From Candidatus Krumholzibacteriota bacterium (GTDB taxonomy: Bacteria; Krumholzibacteriota; Krumholzibacteriia; JAJRXK01), in the NCBI GenBank assembly GCA_963764625.1, contig CAVXTH010000006.1, positions 608,001-672,000 on the forward strand: 64,000 nt of DNA. The letters are read 5' to 3'. The notes beneath the pieces were generated by a model, which made no database searches, was not told where the DNA came from, and saw only the letters and a program-made list of their open reading frames with translations. Shown piece by piece: positions 36,800 through 46,164 of this stretch; position 1 is the stretch's first letter; each line of letters starts with the position of its first letter. Both the position numbers and the translations under genes were made by a program.

Positions 36800-37145
36800 T
36801 GAACTTCGATCAAAGAGGGATCCGCGGCCGGTCCTACGCCAGACCCGCGTCGACTTCCGATCTCTCACATAGGAACGCAACTTTGCTTCCGCACCAAAGG
36901 AGTGCCCGTAGAGCTTGGTTAACGCGGTTCCCTCGTCGTGGGGAACGTTGACATCCGGGGGGGACGTAGCTAGCTACCGAAGGCAGGAATCCGTGAGGAG
37001 AATCTGCGCGGTCTGGTAGAACCCTTGGTGAGAGCTCCAGGTGCACGGTCTCAACGATCGTAAACCCGCTGTCATCTCGCTGAACTTTTGCCTCTTCAAG
37101 GCGAACCCTCGTGCCATGGTTGGGGCGGGGGAGGAGTGTAGTGTC

Positions 37146-37961
37146 ATGTCCCTCGAGGTTTACTCCGCGAAACGCTCGCTTCTCAGGCTCTGGCCGGTAC
37201 TCTTGCTATTCGGTTTGGGCGCCTGCGGTTCGAGTGCCTACACCGACGTCGATCTCCAGAAGGATCTCGACGTTCCCAGTGCGAGTCATCTGAGTCCGGA
37301 GGCTCAGACCTTCGCGGCCGCGCCGGATACCATGCAAGTGCCGCCGGTCTACCGCATCGGCAGCGGCGATGTGCTCGAAGTGGTCTTCTTCACCCATCCG
37401 GACCAGAACCGCTTCGTGACGGTACGGCCGGACGGGCGGATCACGCTGCCCTACGTGGGCGATTTGATGGCGCGGGGGAAGGAGCCCACGAAGCTTGCGA
37501 GCGAGATCCAGAACGACTACTCGAGAGTGCTGGTCGATCCCAAAGTCGATATCCTGGTGAACAAGATCGGCGGGAAGTACTACGTGCTGGGGGAAGTGAA
37601 GAACGCGAACGAGTTCAGTTACGAGCGGCCTCTCACTCTTCTACAGGCTATTGCCGGTGCTGGTGGGTACAGTAACGACGCACGGCTCTCCAATTTCGTT
37701 CTGATTCGGGTCGACGGGAAAGGCGGACGTTTCGCTGCTGTCTTCAACATGCGCGAGTACATGAGCCAACGAAAAAAACGAGGGGACATCTACATCCAGC
37801 CGGATGACATCGTCTGGGTGCCCAAGGACAACATCAGCCGCTGGGACAATGCAGCCCGAAAGTTGTTTGGCACCGTCGTGCACGCAGAGGATATGGTCTA
37901 CAAGGGGCTGCAGATAGTCAAATTCGACGAGGTCTACCCGGGCAGATATTACGCTCCTTGA
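37146..37961 (+). CDS. wza: Polysaccharide export lipoprotein (Wza/OPX family)
   Basis: Lipobox LGAC, YRIG.GD.L.V, VRPDG.ITLP.VG, P.V.I.V, SLBB domain TLLQAIA.AGG, P.DIV.VP. Confidence 0.88.
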   Translation: MSLEVYSAKRSLLRLWPVLLLFGLGACGSSAYTDVDLQKDLDVPSASHLSPEAQTFAAAPDTMQVPPVYRIGSGDVLEVVFFTHPDQNRFVTVRPDGRITLPYVGDLMARGKEPTKLASEIQNDYSRVLVDPKVDILVNKIGGKYYVLGEVKNANEFSYERPLTLLQAIAGAGGYSNDARLSNFVLIRVDGKGGRFAAVFNMREYMSQRKKRGDIYIQPDDIVWVPKDNISRWDNAARKLFGTVVHAEDMVYKGLQIVKFDEVYPGRYYAP

Positions 37962-37991
37962 GATCGCAACGCCGATTGGGAGAAGGAAGCC

Positions 37992-39437
37992 ATGTCAGGA
38001 CTCTACAGCCAAGGACCGGTACAGGGGGAGCGCGATACCACGATGCGCGACCTTCTGTCGGTCGTGTTCAAGCGCAAGTGGCTCATCATCATCTTTTTCC
38101 TGGGAACCTCGGTCCTGGTGGCCCTGAAGGTGGTCACCACTCCGGAGACCTGGTCGGCCGACGCCACCCTCATGTTACAGCGGCAGGGACGAACTAGTGT
38201 GATGGAGAACAGTTCCAGGGCCTTGCCTTGGGTGGAGGTGATGGAGTCGGAGGTCGAAATCGCCCGCAGTGTCCCGGTGCTGCAATTGGCGCGCGCCAAA
38301 CTCAAGGAACCCACGAAGGACTTTCCCGAGGGTATCGATCTGAGCATGGGCGCTCTGGGCGCACAAATCAAATCGGGAGGCGTCGGAGAGTCAAACGTGG
38401 TGTACATCACAAGCATCGGCGATCAGCCCAAGAGAGCCATCCGCATAGCCAACAAGGTTGCTGAAGCCTATGTCGAATACCATAAGAAGATGTTCGCGCT
38501 TCCCGATGCGGCAAGCGCAGTCAAGGCGCAGACGGATTCGACTCTCAAGGCTCTATCGGACTTGCAGAATGAGCGGCAGCGAATCTTGAATGAGGCGGGG
38601 TTCACCGATCTCAAAGCCGAAGAGACGAATCTCCACTCGTTGCGGCGCGAACAGCGCAGCAACCTCAGTCAGGCGGAACTGGAGATAAGTACTCTTCGTG
38701 AACAGGTAGCGGCCATACCAAAGGATGTTAATGGAATTGGCAGCGATCTTCCTTTCAATATACCGAGAGGATACGCGCAGCAGGAACTCATGATGAATGC
38801 GGTAGAAAGATACCGTAGGAGTCAACATGATCTTGAGGAACTGAAATCTCAGTATACGGAAGAGCATCCCAAGGTCAAATCCGCGGAACTCGAACTCCAA
38901 GAGCGTCGCAAGGCTCTGGAGAGTTCTATCCAGCAATTAGTTTCGCTCAAGACTGAGGAACTCAAGATCGCGGAGGCCAAGCGCGATGGAATTATGCACC
39001 AGATTCAGAAGATCGACGCGCAGCTGGCCAGGATGCCCGATTTTAATCGCAAGGTGAGCTTCCTCGATACCCAAATCGACAGCGCCGAGAAGCAGTACGC
39101 CAAGCTGAACTCGAAGTACGTGGACACCCAGCTGAGCCAGGTGAGCTACCAGGACTACGGCGTTTCGCTGCTCTCTCCGGCGGTGTCCGCCTACAAGAAC
39201 ACCCGCGGCGATCTGGTCCGCATGGCCCTGGCGCCCCTCCTGAGTCTGTTGGCCGGCATCGGTCTGGCCTTCTATCTGGAAAATCTGGATCACTCGATGA
39301 AGACGCGCGAGGACGTGGAGCATCATCTCGAGATTCCCGTCCTGGCCAGTTTCCCCGACGTGGACGAGGGGGAATCGGATCTCGAGCCCCGGACGAGGCG
39401 AACCCCCTTCTGGAAAGGCCGCCGGGGCGGCCGCTGA
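37992..39437 (+). CDS. Polysaccharide co-polymerase (Wzz/GumC, Wzc membrane part)
   Basis: RD.L.V.FKRKW.II, E.EI.RS, long coiled coil with YT.EHP.V, second TM helix then E.LDHS.KT.EDVE..L.IPVLAS.P. Confidence 0.88.
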   Translation: MSGLYSQGPVQGERDTTMRDLLSVVFKRKWLIIIFFLGTSVLVALKVVTTPETWSADATLMLQRQGRTSVMENSSRALPWVEVMESEVEIARSVPVLQLARAKLKEPTKDFPEGIDLSMGALGAQIKSGGVGESNVVYITSIGDQPKRAIRIANKVAEAYVEYHKKMFALPDAASAVKAQTDSTLKALSDLQNERQRILNEAGFTDLKAEETNLHSLRREQRSNLSQAELEISTLREQVAAIPKDVNGIGSDLPFNIPRGYAQQELMMNAVERYRRSQHDLEELKSQYTEEHPKVKSAELELQERRKALESSIQQLVSLKTEELKIAEAKRDGIMHQIQKIDAQLARMPDFNRKVSFLDTQIDSAEKQYAKLNSKYVDTQLSQVSYQDYGVSLLSPAVSAYKNTRGDLVRMALAPLLSLLAGIGLAFYLENLDHSMKTREDVEHHLEIPVLASFPDVDEGESDLEPRTRRTPFWKGRRGGR

Positions 39438-39487
39438 ACCGAGCACGCGATTTGGCCGGGGAAGTACCGGCCCGGGAACGGTAGACG

Positions 39488-41008
39488 ATGTATCGGCACC
39501 ATTTCGGCCTGCGGGAGAAGCCCTTTCAGATCGCTCCCAGTCCGAGGTTCCTTTTTCCCTCCGAGACGCACGACGAAAGTCGCGCGCGCATTCTCTATGG
39601 GATCGAGGACAACCGCGGGTTCGTCGTGGTCTACGGCAGGGTCGGCCTGGGAAAGACCACGGTGTTGCTCTCGGTGCTCGAGGAACTCGACGCCAAGACC
39701 CGAACTGCACTTCTCTATCAGCCCATTTCCAGCTTTCACGATCTGCTGCGCATGACTGCTCATGAGTTCGGTCTGGGCAGCGAGAACCGGGATGAGGTGA
39801 ATCTCATCTGGGATCTGAACGAGTTTTTCATCCAGAGGCTGTCCGAGAGTGAGAAATGCGTGCTCATCGTCGACGAGGCGCAGAATCTCAGCCTCGAGAT
39901 CCTGGAGAAGCTTCGGACGCTCAGCAATCTGCAAACCGAGAGCGCCTCGCTCCTGCAAATCGTTCTGGTGGGTCAACCCGAGCTGTACGACAAGCTCTCC
40001 GATCCCCGGTTATTGCAGCTGCGGCAGCGGGTGGGCGTGTGGCACGAAATCGAGTCCCTCAATCGCGAGGAAACCACGGACTATATCTTGCATCGCCTGC
40101 AGCGGGCCGGTGCGCGCCGCCCCAAGGAAATCTTCTCGGTGAGAGTGTGCGAGCGCGTTCATGAGTTGACCGGAGGCGTCCCCAGAGTCATCAACCAGGT
40201 ATGCGATACAGCGCTGATGATCGCTTACGGCAAGGAATCGCCGCAAGTCGAGGTGGAGGATGTGGTGGAGGCGGCCCACGAGTTACACCTGGTGGAGGAA
40301 GAGCCCAAGCCTCGCGAGACGCAGCTAGCGAAGGAACGTCCCACTGAGGAACTCAAGAAGAGTCCGGTGTGGGCTCGACTCAGCTTCGCCGCGGTCATCT
40401 TGCTCGTCGTTCTGGGAGCGATTTGGATATTCTTCGGGGGAAATTTGCGGCTCGCGCTCCGGGGCGACCGCATGGCTACCGGGAGCGGCATCGTGGACGC
40501 GGTGGCCGCTTCACCCGCGACCGATTCCACCGCCGCGGCGCAGAATCTCCCCGCGGTCCAGAAGGAGGAGATGCGGGTTCCGAAGGAGTCGGGCAAGGAG
40601 ACTCCGGCCACGAGTCCCGGCGACGAAATCTCTCCGGAGAGAATGGAGCGCATGAAGGCCCACCTGGAGAACGTTCGCAGTTTGCGCGCGGCCGGGAAAC
40701 CCGTCTATACGGTGCATTTGAATTCGTTCAAAGAGGTGGCGCGCGCGCAGGAATTCGCTAGTGATATCGCGAGGGAACAAAACTGGGAGCAGCCGGTATT
40801 CATGGAGCGGAGCGGGCGTAATCCGGTCTGGTACCGGGTGTTCGCCGGAGAGTTCGGGCGGAGCCGCGATGCCCTGGCCTGGATCGAACAACTCAAAGTT
40901 GAACGAAGAGTGGTCTACGCCAATCTCCAGCAGCTGAGCCGTGATGTCGAGGTGCTCGTGCCGACCGAACCGGATTCGCGCGTGTCCCTGAATGGAGTGG
41001 ACGGATGA
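39488..41008 (+). CDS. ExeA/GspA-type AAA ATPase with TM helix and C-terminal SPOR-like domain
   Basis: MY..HFGL.EKPF, G.VG.GKTT, DEAQNL, LQIVLVGQPEL, QL.QR, GVPR.IN..CD; C-terminal YTVH..SF and WYRV..G.F. Confidence 0.88.
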   Translation: MYRHHFGLREKPFQIAPSPRFLFPSETHDESRARILYGIEDNRGFVVVYGRVGLGKTTVLLSVLEELDAKTRTALLYQPISSFHDLLRMTAHEFGLGSENRDEVNLIWDLNEFFIQRLSESEKCVLIVDEAQNLSLEILEKLRTLSNLQTESASLLQIVLVGQPELYDKLSDPRLLQLRQRVGVWHEIESLNREETTDYILHRLQRAGARRPKEIFSVRVCERVHELTGGVPRVINQVCDTALMIAYGKESPQVEVEDVVEAAHELHLVEEEPKPRETQLAKERPTEELKKSPVWARLSFAAVILLVVLGAIWIFFGGNLRLALRGDRMATGSGIVDAVAASPATDSTAAAQNLPAVQKEEMRVPKESGKETPATSPGDEISPERMERMKAHLENVRSLRAAGKPVYTVHLNSFKEVARAQEFASDIAREQNWEQPVFMERSGRNPVWYRVFAGEFGRSRDALAWIEQLKVERRVVYANLQQLSRDVEVLVPTEPDSRVSLNGVDG

Positions 41009-41835
41009 GCAGCATTCGTGATGCCCTCAAGCGTGCCGAGCGGGAACGACTGCGGCGGCAGGAAGAGGCGAAAACATTGAGTGAAGCGCGTACCTCGCAG
41101 GAGGAGTCCGGGGCCTTGTCCACCGAGGCGGATGGCCAGCGCAGCGCTACCGACCCGCGCCGCGAGCTCAAGGTGGTCGACAGTCAGCGGATCTTCACGG
41201 TCGAAGTGCCGATGGGTTTCACGGAAGAATTGGCGCTGTTCCGTCAGGGAGTGGAAGCGGCGGTCCCCAAGCCCAGGCGTTCGTTTATCCTCAGCGGCGC
41301 CACCGCCGGCGAAGGAGTCACCACGCTGACCACCTTCCTGGGGACGAGTCTCGCGGTGCGCGACGGCAAGAAGACGGTAATCATCGACGCCAGTTTCAAG
41401 TCACCGCGATTCTCGCGCATCTTCGGCCTTCTCGGTCGTCCGGGCCTCTCCGACTACTGCAGCGGTTCAGCCGAGTTGGCGGAGGTCCTCGCCAAGACCG
41501 ATTGCGATCAACTCTTCCTCATGGGAGTGGGAACCGAGCTCTATAACCCTTCCCTCATTCTCAGTTCCGATCGTGCTCGCAGCCTCGCTTCAGAGCTCAC
41601 GCAACGCTTCGACTACGTGCTGTTCGACACCGGCGCCGTGCTGAACCACGCCGAGACCTCCATGCTCTCCTCCAGCGTCGACGGAGTGGTGTTGATCGTC
41701 CGCTCGGGCAAAACGAAACGCGAGGTTCTCCTCAAGGCGGAAAAACTCATTCGCTTCAGCGGTGGCCGGGTGATCGGCTCGGTCCTGAACCGTCGTCAGT
41801 ATCCCATACCCGATTCGATCTACAAGCGACTCTAG
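41005..41835 (+). CDS. CpsD/CapB family BY-kinase-like protein
   Basis: MS.I.DAL..A, GEG.TT, IIDA, P.GLSD, FDYV.FD, DGV.LIVR..KT, G.VLNRR.YPIP..IY. Confidence 0.85.
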   Translation: MSSIRDALKRAERERLRRQEEAKTLSEARTSQEESGALSTEADGQRSATDPRRELKVVDSQRIFTVEVPMGFTEELALFRQGVEAAVPKPRRSFILSGATAGEGVTTLTTFLGTSLAVRDGKKTVIIDASFKSPRFSRIFGLLGRPGLSDYCSGSAELAEVLAKTDCDQLFLMGVGTELYNPSLILSSDRARSLASELTQRFDYVLFDTGAVLNHAETSMLSSSVDGVVLIVRSGKTKREVLLKAEKLIRFSGGRVIGSVLNRRQYPIPDSIYKRL

Positions 41836-41851
41836 GCCGGCGAAAGAAGCG

Positions 41852-43063
41852 ATGTCCCTCGCCCTCGACGCCCCACTGCTGCCATCCGGTTGTCACGCCC
41901 AAGAGCATCGCGTCAGAGAATTCCTCGAGCGCCTGGTCGAGCAAGCCCACAAGGCGCTAGGTACACGACTGCGGGCCGTGGTGTTGGGGGGAAGTCTGGC
42001 ACGGGGAGAGGGAGTGGTCCTTTCCCGCGGCGGCGAGGGCAGATTGCTCTCCGACATCGATCTCTATTTGGTGGTGAACGATCCGGGGACGGAAGAGTGC
42101 CAGGCCCTAAAGGGCGCACTTCGAGCGCAGATGAGCGACTCGTTCTTCGCGGCGCCGTTAGACCTGGGGCTCGTGGACGAATCCTGGTTCGTTAGCCTGC
42201 GATCCACCATTCCCGCGCATCAACTGGCCCACGCAAACCGGGTGATCTACGCGCAATCTCGCGGGTTCGAAGTGAAGATTCCCGCCACCCAGAGCGCGGG
42301 CTTCCCTTGCATCGATCGAGACGATGCACTTCGCCTCTTGATGAACCGCTACGCGGAGCAGATTCTCCTGGACGCGAGGGATCCCGAGTCAGACTTCGCG
42401 CGGTACCACCGTTGGAAGCTCCTGCTGGACGCGCCCTTGGCATGGCTGGCCATGCAGGGCCGGTACCATCCGAAGCGCGAACGGCAGCGAGACCTTCTGG
42501 GTGAGCTGGCGGGCCGGGGTGAAGCGGAGTTCGAGGAGTGGCTGGGAGCCGGCATGGCACGCCTGGAGCAGATTCAGAGGGCGATCGAAGGAGGGCCCAT
42601 TCCAGAGGCGGCGTTCCTAGAATTTCAGGGCAGTGAACTCGCGTGGTCCTGGCCCTTCTTTCGAGCCGGGCTGAGAGTCGCGGCCAAAGAAGACCCAAGC
42701 AGGGGAGAGGAGTTCTTGCGCGAGGCAGTGGCTCTGGGGGCGCCGCGCGAGGAAGACCTGGAGCTCGGGATCCGGTGGCTGAAGCGACGCCCGGTTCTCT
42801 CCCGTTTGCGTGAAGCGAGACGATGGTCGCACGAGAGGCCGTCGGGCGGAAGCTCGTGGATGTCTCACGCCCGGGGAGGAGCAGGAAGGGACAGAGTTCA
42901 ACTCGCGTGCTCGCTCTTCTTCGCGGGCCTTTCCGATTGGGTGGAGGCGTTGCGCAATCTGGTGAAGGAGGACGAACTGACACGCAGAAGCCGGAGTACC
43001 GACTGTGGAGTGTGGCTCGGTGAGCTGTGGTCCGAGTGGGTGATGGGAGGGAGTCGCACGTGA
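41852..43063 (+). CDS. Pol-beta superfamily nucleotidyltransferase-domain protein
   Basis: LGGSLARGEG-x10-LSDIDL (hG[GS]-DxD), third Asp in LDLG, helical C-terminal part with L.NR..E. Confidence 0.65.
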   Translation: MSLALDAPLLPSGCHAQEHRVREFLERLVEQAHKALGTRLRAVVLGGSLARGEGVVLSRGGEGRLLSDIDLYLVVNDPGTEECQALKGALRAQMSDSFFAAPLDLGLVDESWFVSLRSTIPAHQLAHANRVIYAQSRGFEVKIPATQSAGFPCIDRDDALRLLMNRYAEQILLDARDPESDFARYHRWKLLLDAPLAWLAMQGRYHPKRERQRDLLGELAGRGEAEFEEWLGAGMARLEQIQRAIEGGPIPEAAFLEFQGSELAWSWPFFRAGLRVAAKEDPSRGEEFLREAVALGAPREEDLELGIRWLKRRPVLSRLREARRWSHERPSGGSSWMSHARGGAGRDRVQLACSLFFAGLSDWVEALRNLVKEDELTRRSRSTDCGVWLGELWSEWVMGGSRT

Positions 43064-44214
43064 AACGCCGTAAGATCGCACTCATGGTCATGGTCGACGC
43101 GCTGGGGGGACGCTTCCTACGGGGACACAATTTTCTGCCCGAGATGCAATACCGCGCCTCGTTGCGAACCGTCCTGGGCTTTTCCTGCGCCTGTCAACCC
43201 ACTCTTCTCAGCGGCAAGCTGCCGGCGGAAAACGGGCACGGCGCCATGTACATCAGACGGGCTGAGGAGTCGGTTCTCGACGCGGCCCGGCCCTTCGACA
43301 GGCTTCCTACCTTCCTGGCGGAAAATCACCGGGTGCGGGCGAAGATCTACGGGCGAGTGGCCTCGCGCATCAACGGCTACTTCAGTCTCTACGACGTTCC
43401 CACGCGCCTGCTCCCGCATTTCGATCTCTCCGAGCAACGGCGGATTTTTTGGCCGGGTGGACTCAATCGCGCGATGAGCATCTTCGACCGGCTCGTCGAA
43501 TTGGGATTGGAGTTTCGCAGCTACGATTGGAGTACGCCGGAACTGGAGAATCTACAGGCCTGCGAACGGGATATCCGTAGCCAGCGGGTCGATTACATCT
43601 TCCTCTATCTTCCCGGTCTCGATGGACTCCTTCACGCCCACGGCCCCGGCGGCTCCGAAGTCCTGAAGCATCTCTCCTGGTACGAGTCGCGGCTCCGACG
43701 GCTTCTGCATCTGGCCGACGAATACGCCGATCACTGCGAGTTCTTCCTGTTCAGTGACCATGGGATGAGTCCCGTTCACGGAGGCATCGATCTCATCTCC
43801 AAGATCGAGCCCTCGATGGGACGCAACGGCAAGCGCTATCTGGCCTTCTACGACTCGACCATGGCGCGCTTCTGGTACGAGGACGAACGAGTGGGCAGCG
43901 AGTTGGTCTCGCTGCTCTCGCAAGTAGAAGGCGGACGCCTGATCCCAGAAGACGAACGCGCCGAACTCGGAGTACGATTCTCCGACCGAAGCCAGGGCGA
44001 CCTTCTCTTCGTGGTGCAAGAGGGCCTTTTGATTTTGCCCAGCTACATGGGAAAGCAAATGCTGGCGGGCATGCACGGCTACCATCCGGACGCACAGCAT
44101 GCCGACGCTTGCCTCCTGGGCTCTTACGCGCCGGATCTCGGCGTGAGTCACATCCGCGATCTTTACCGGCTCATGGATTCCATCGCGGTCAGCGTGAAGG
44201 ACTCGAAAGAATGA
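43060..44214 (+). CDS. Alkaline phosphatase superfamily protein (type I phosphodiesterase/nucleotide pyrophosphatase-like)
   Basis: Metal ligands VDALG, LDGLLH.HG, FSDHGM, GMHGY.P; GFS..CQPT.LSG around the predicted nucleophile. Confidence 0.85.
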   Translation: MKRRKIALMVMVDALGGRFLRGHNFLPEMQYRASLRTVLGFSCACQPTLLSGKLPAENGHGAMYIRRAEESVLDAARPFDRLPTFLAENHRVRAKIYGRVASRINGYFSLYDVPTRLLPHFDLSEQRRIFWPGGLNRAMSIFDRLVELGLEFRSYDWSTPELENLQACERDIRSQRVDYIFLYLPGLDGLLHAHGPGGSEVLKHLSWYESRLRRLLHLADEYADHCEFFLFSDHGMSPVHGGIDLISKIEPSMGRNGKRYLAFYDSTMARFWYEDERVGSELVSLLSQVEGGRLIPEDERAELGVRFSDRSQGDLLFVVQEGLLILPSYMGKQMLAGMHGYHPDAQHADACLLGSYAPDLGVSHIRDLYRLMDSIAVSVKDSKE

Positions 44215-45761
44215 GCCGGGATCTCGCGCGCTATGCCCGCTCCGGGGCCTGGTCCACCCTGGCCTATGCGATTCAGGTGGTGGGGGCCCTGGCGGTGAGC
44301 ATCGTGGTGGTGCGCGCGTTGGGGGAGACGCAGTGGGGCGTACTGAGCGAGATTCGGCAGCTGGTTCAGCTTTGCACCATCCTGGGCGGTATGGCGCTCG
44401 AGCGCAGCATCCTGCGCTTTCTCCCCCAACTGATCAGCGAGAAGAACGAGAGCGGCGCGCGGTCTCTGTTCTGGAAGACCATGGCGGTGCGGACCTTGCT
44501 CTGGCTTCCCCTGTTTGCTCTGGCGCTTCTCTTCGGGGGGCAGCTCGACCATTTCTTCCACATTCCGGTCTACGAGCTGGTGCTGATCGGCGTCGCCAGT
44601 TCCTTGGTGTTCTCCGTCTCCAATCACGTTCGTGCCGGAGCTTCCGCGCGCTTTCAAACCCGTAGCGTGGCGGTGGGAACCGCGGTGGGGAGTTTAGCCA
44701 CGCTGGGGGCCACCGTCTGGGCACTGTGGAGCGGCAAGGGAGTGGCCGGCGTACTCATTGCCGCGGCGATCGGCATCGCAATCGCAACTGCCGTGCAGTT
44801 GCCGGCCGCGCTCGGCCCGGGGGCAAGCCGCAAAGCAGGGTCGACGGGATCGAGCGGTTTCTCGTTGCGCGACCGGAAGTTCATGTCCTATGCCTTCCCT
44901 TTCGCGGGGATCGCGGTCTTGAACTACGTAGTCCATTCGGCGACCGAGGTCTTTTTCCTGGGTCATTTCCACGGTCCCGCGCTCGCTGGTTTCTATGTCT
45001 TGGGTTTCAGTTTCGCCCAAAGGCTCATCGACTTCCTGCCTCTGGCGCTCTGGGAGGTTTCCATGGCGGGCTTCGCTGAAGTCGCGGTGCGCGACGCGGA
45101 GCGTCTCCCCGCCGCCCTTCTGAGCTACGTAAAGCTGCTCTATATCGTCCTTCTTCCTCTGGCCTGTGTGGGAGTGGCGTTCTCTCCCGCGCTGATTCGC
45201 GTGTTCTACGGAGAGGCGATGGTGCGCTCGGCCGTGGTGAGCCAGGGCTACTTCGCCATCGCGAGTGTCGCCGCGATGGGAGCTCCCATCGGAATGGTCG
45301 TGTACGCCCGCGATCGCACCGCTTCGGCTTTGAAAGCATACACCGTCTTCGCGGTGGCAAACGTCGGGCTCGACCTGGCCTTGATTCCCGCTCTCGGTCT
45401 GTGGGGCGCCATTCTGGGATTGGGACTCGCGAAGATTCTCTCGGTCCTTTTGATGTCGCGGATCGCCTGGCAGGAGAGTCCTCGACTTCAGATTCCCTGG
45501 ACCTTTCTCATCAAAGCACTGGTGGCCAGTGCTCCCGTCTTTCTGTGGTGGCTGGTGCCGTCCTCGCAGCATGCGGTGCTTCCGGTCCTACTCGGCTTGG
45601 TGGGATCGTTTCTCCTGTTGGTTCTCTCATTCAGGCTGGTGGGGGTCATTGGGAATGCAGAGGCTGCTCTCATTCGTGGCACCCAACTGCCGCTGCGTGA
45701 CGTTCTGTTGCGTTTACTCGGAGCTCCGGCCGAAGCGGTAGAGCCGCCGGCCGCGGCCTAG
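44211..45761 (+). CDS. wzx: Wzx oligosaccharide flippase
   Basis: About 12-14 TM helices, R.LG..QWG, G.Y...F, NV.LDL.LIP..G.WGA; EPS context. Confidence 0.85.
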   Translation: MSRDLARYARSGAWSTLAYAIQVVGALAVSIVVVRALGETQWGVLSEIRQLVQLCTILGGMALERSILRFLPQLISEKNESGARSLFWKTMAVRTLLWLPLFALALLFGGQLDHFFHIPVYELVLIGVASSLVFSVSNHVRAGASARFQTRSVAVGTAVGSLATLGATVWALWSGKGVAGVLIAAAIGIAIATAVQLPAALGPGASRKAGSTGSSGFSLRDRKFMSYAFPFAGIAVLNYVVHSATEVFFLGHFHGPALAGFYVLGFSFAQRLIDFLPLALWEVSMAGFAEVAVRDAERLPAALLSYVKLLYIVLLPLACVGVAFSPALIRVFYGEAMVRSAVVSQGYFAIASVAAMGAPIGMVVYARDRTASALKAYTVFAVANVGLDLALIPALGLWGAILGLGLAKILSVLLMSRIAWQESPRLQIPWTFLIKALVASAPVFLWWLVPSSQHAVLPVLLGLVGSFLLLVLSFRLVGVIGNAEAALIRGTQLPLRDVLLRLLGAPAEAVEPPAAA

Positions 45762-45773
45762 GAGGTTGATTCC

Positions 45774-46145
45774 ATGAGGAATGTCGTGGTCCTGCTAGCG
45801 TGCTTAGGGCTCATGGTGACCGCCCAGGTCTTCTGGAAGACCGCACTGGGAAGAGTGGGAGTGGTGGACGTCATGTCCAGCAGCCTTCCCGGAAGGGTGT
45901 TGTTGTTGGCAAAGTCGTGGCGGATCGTGGTGGGTTTGGTCATGTTCGGCCTGGCGACCCTCTTGTGGTTCGATCTGCTCAGCCGCATGGAACTCTCACT
46001 CCTGTATCCCTTCATGAGTCTGAGTTACGTCATCGCGTTCTTTGCCGGCTGGATGTTTCTCGGCGAGCATCCTCAGCCGCTACGGCTGGTGGGAATCGTC
46101 GTCATCATGGTGGGCATCGCTCTCGTCGCGCGGAGTAGTCCTTGA
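45774..46145 (+). CDS. EamA/SMR small membrane protein (ArnE/ArnF-like Und-P-sugar flippase)
   Basis: 123 aa, four TM helices, AQ..WK, W...LSR.ELS..YP..SLSYV, FLGE, GI..I..G. Confidence 0.82.
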   Translation: MRNVVVLLACLGLMVTAQVFWKTALGRVGVVDVMSSSLPGRVLLLAKSWRIVVGLVMFGLATLLWFDLLSRMELSLLYPFMSLSYVIAFFAGWMFLGEHPQPLRLVGIVVIMVGIALVARSSP

Positions 46146-46164
46146 GGTGAGTCTGGAAGCTCTC

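Noticed and set aside
41852-43063. CBASS CD-NTase or MNT-HEPN toxin-antitoxin interpretation
   Set aside because: No effector, Cap or HEPN partner is adjacent, and the gene is embedded in an EPS operon.
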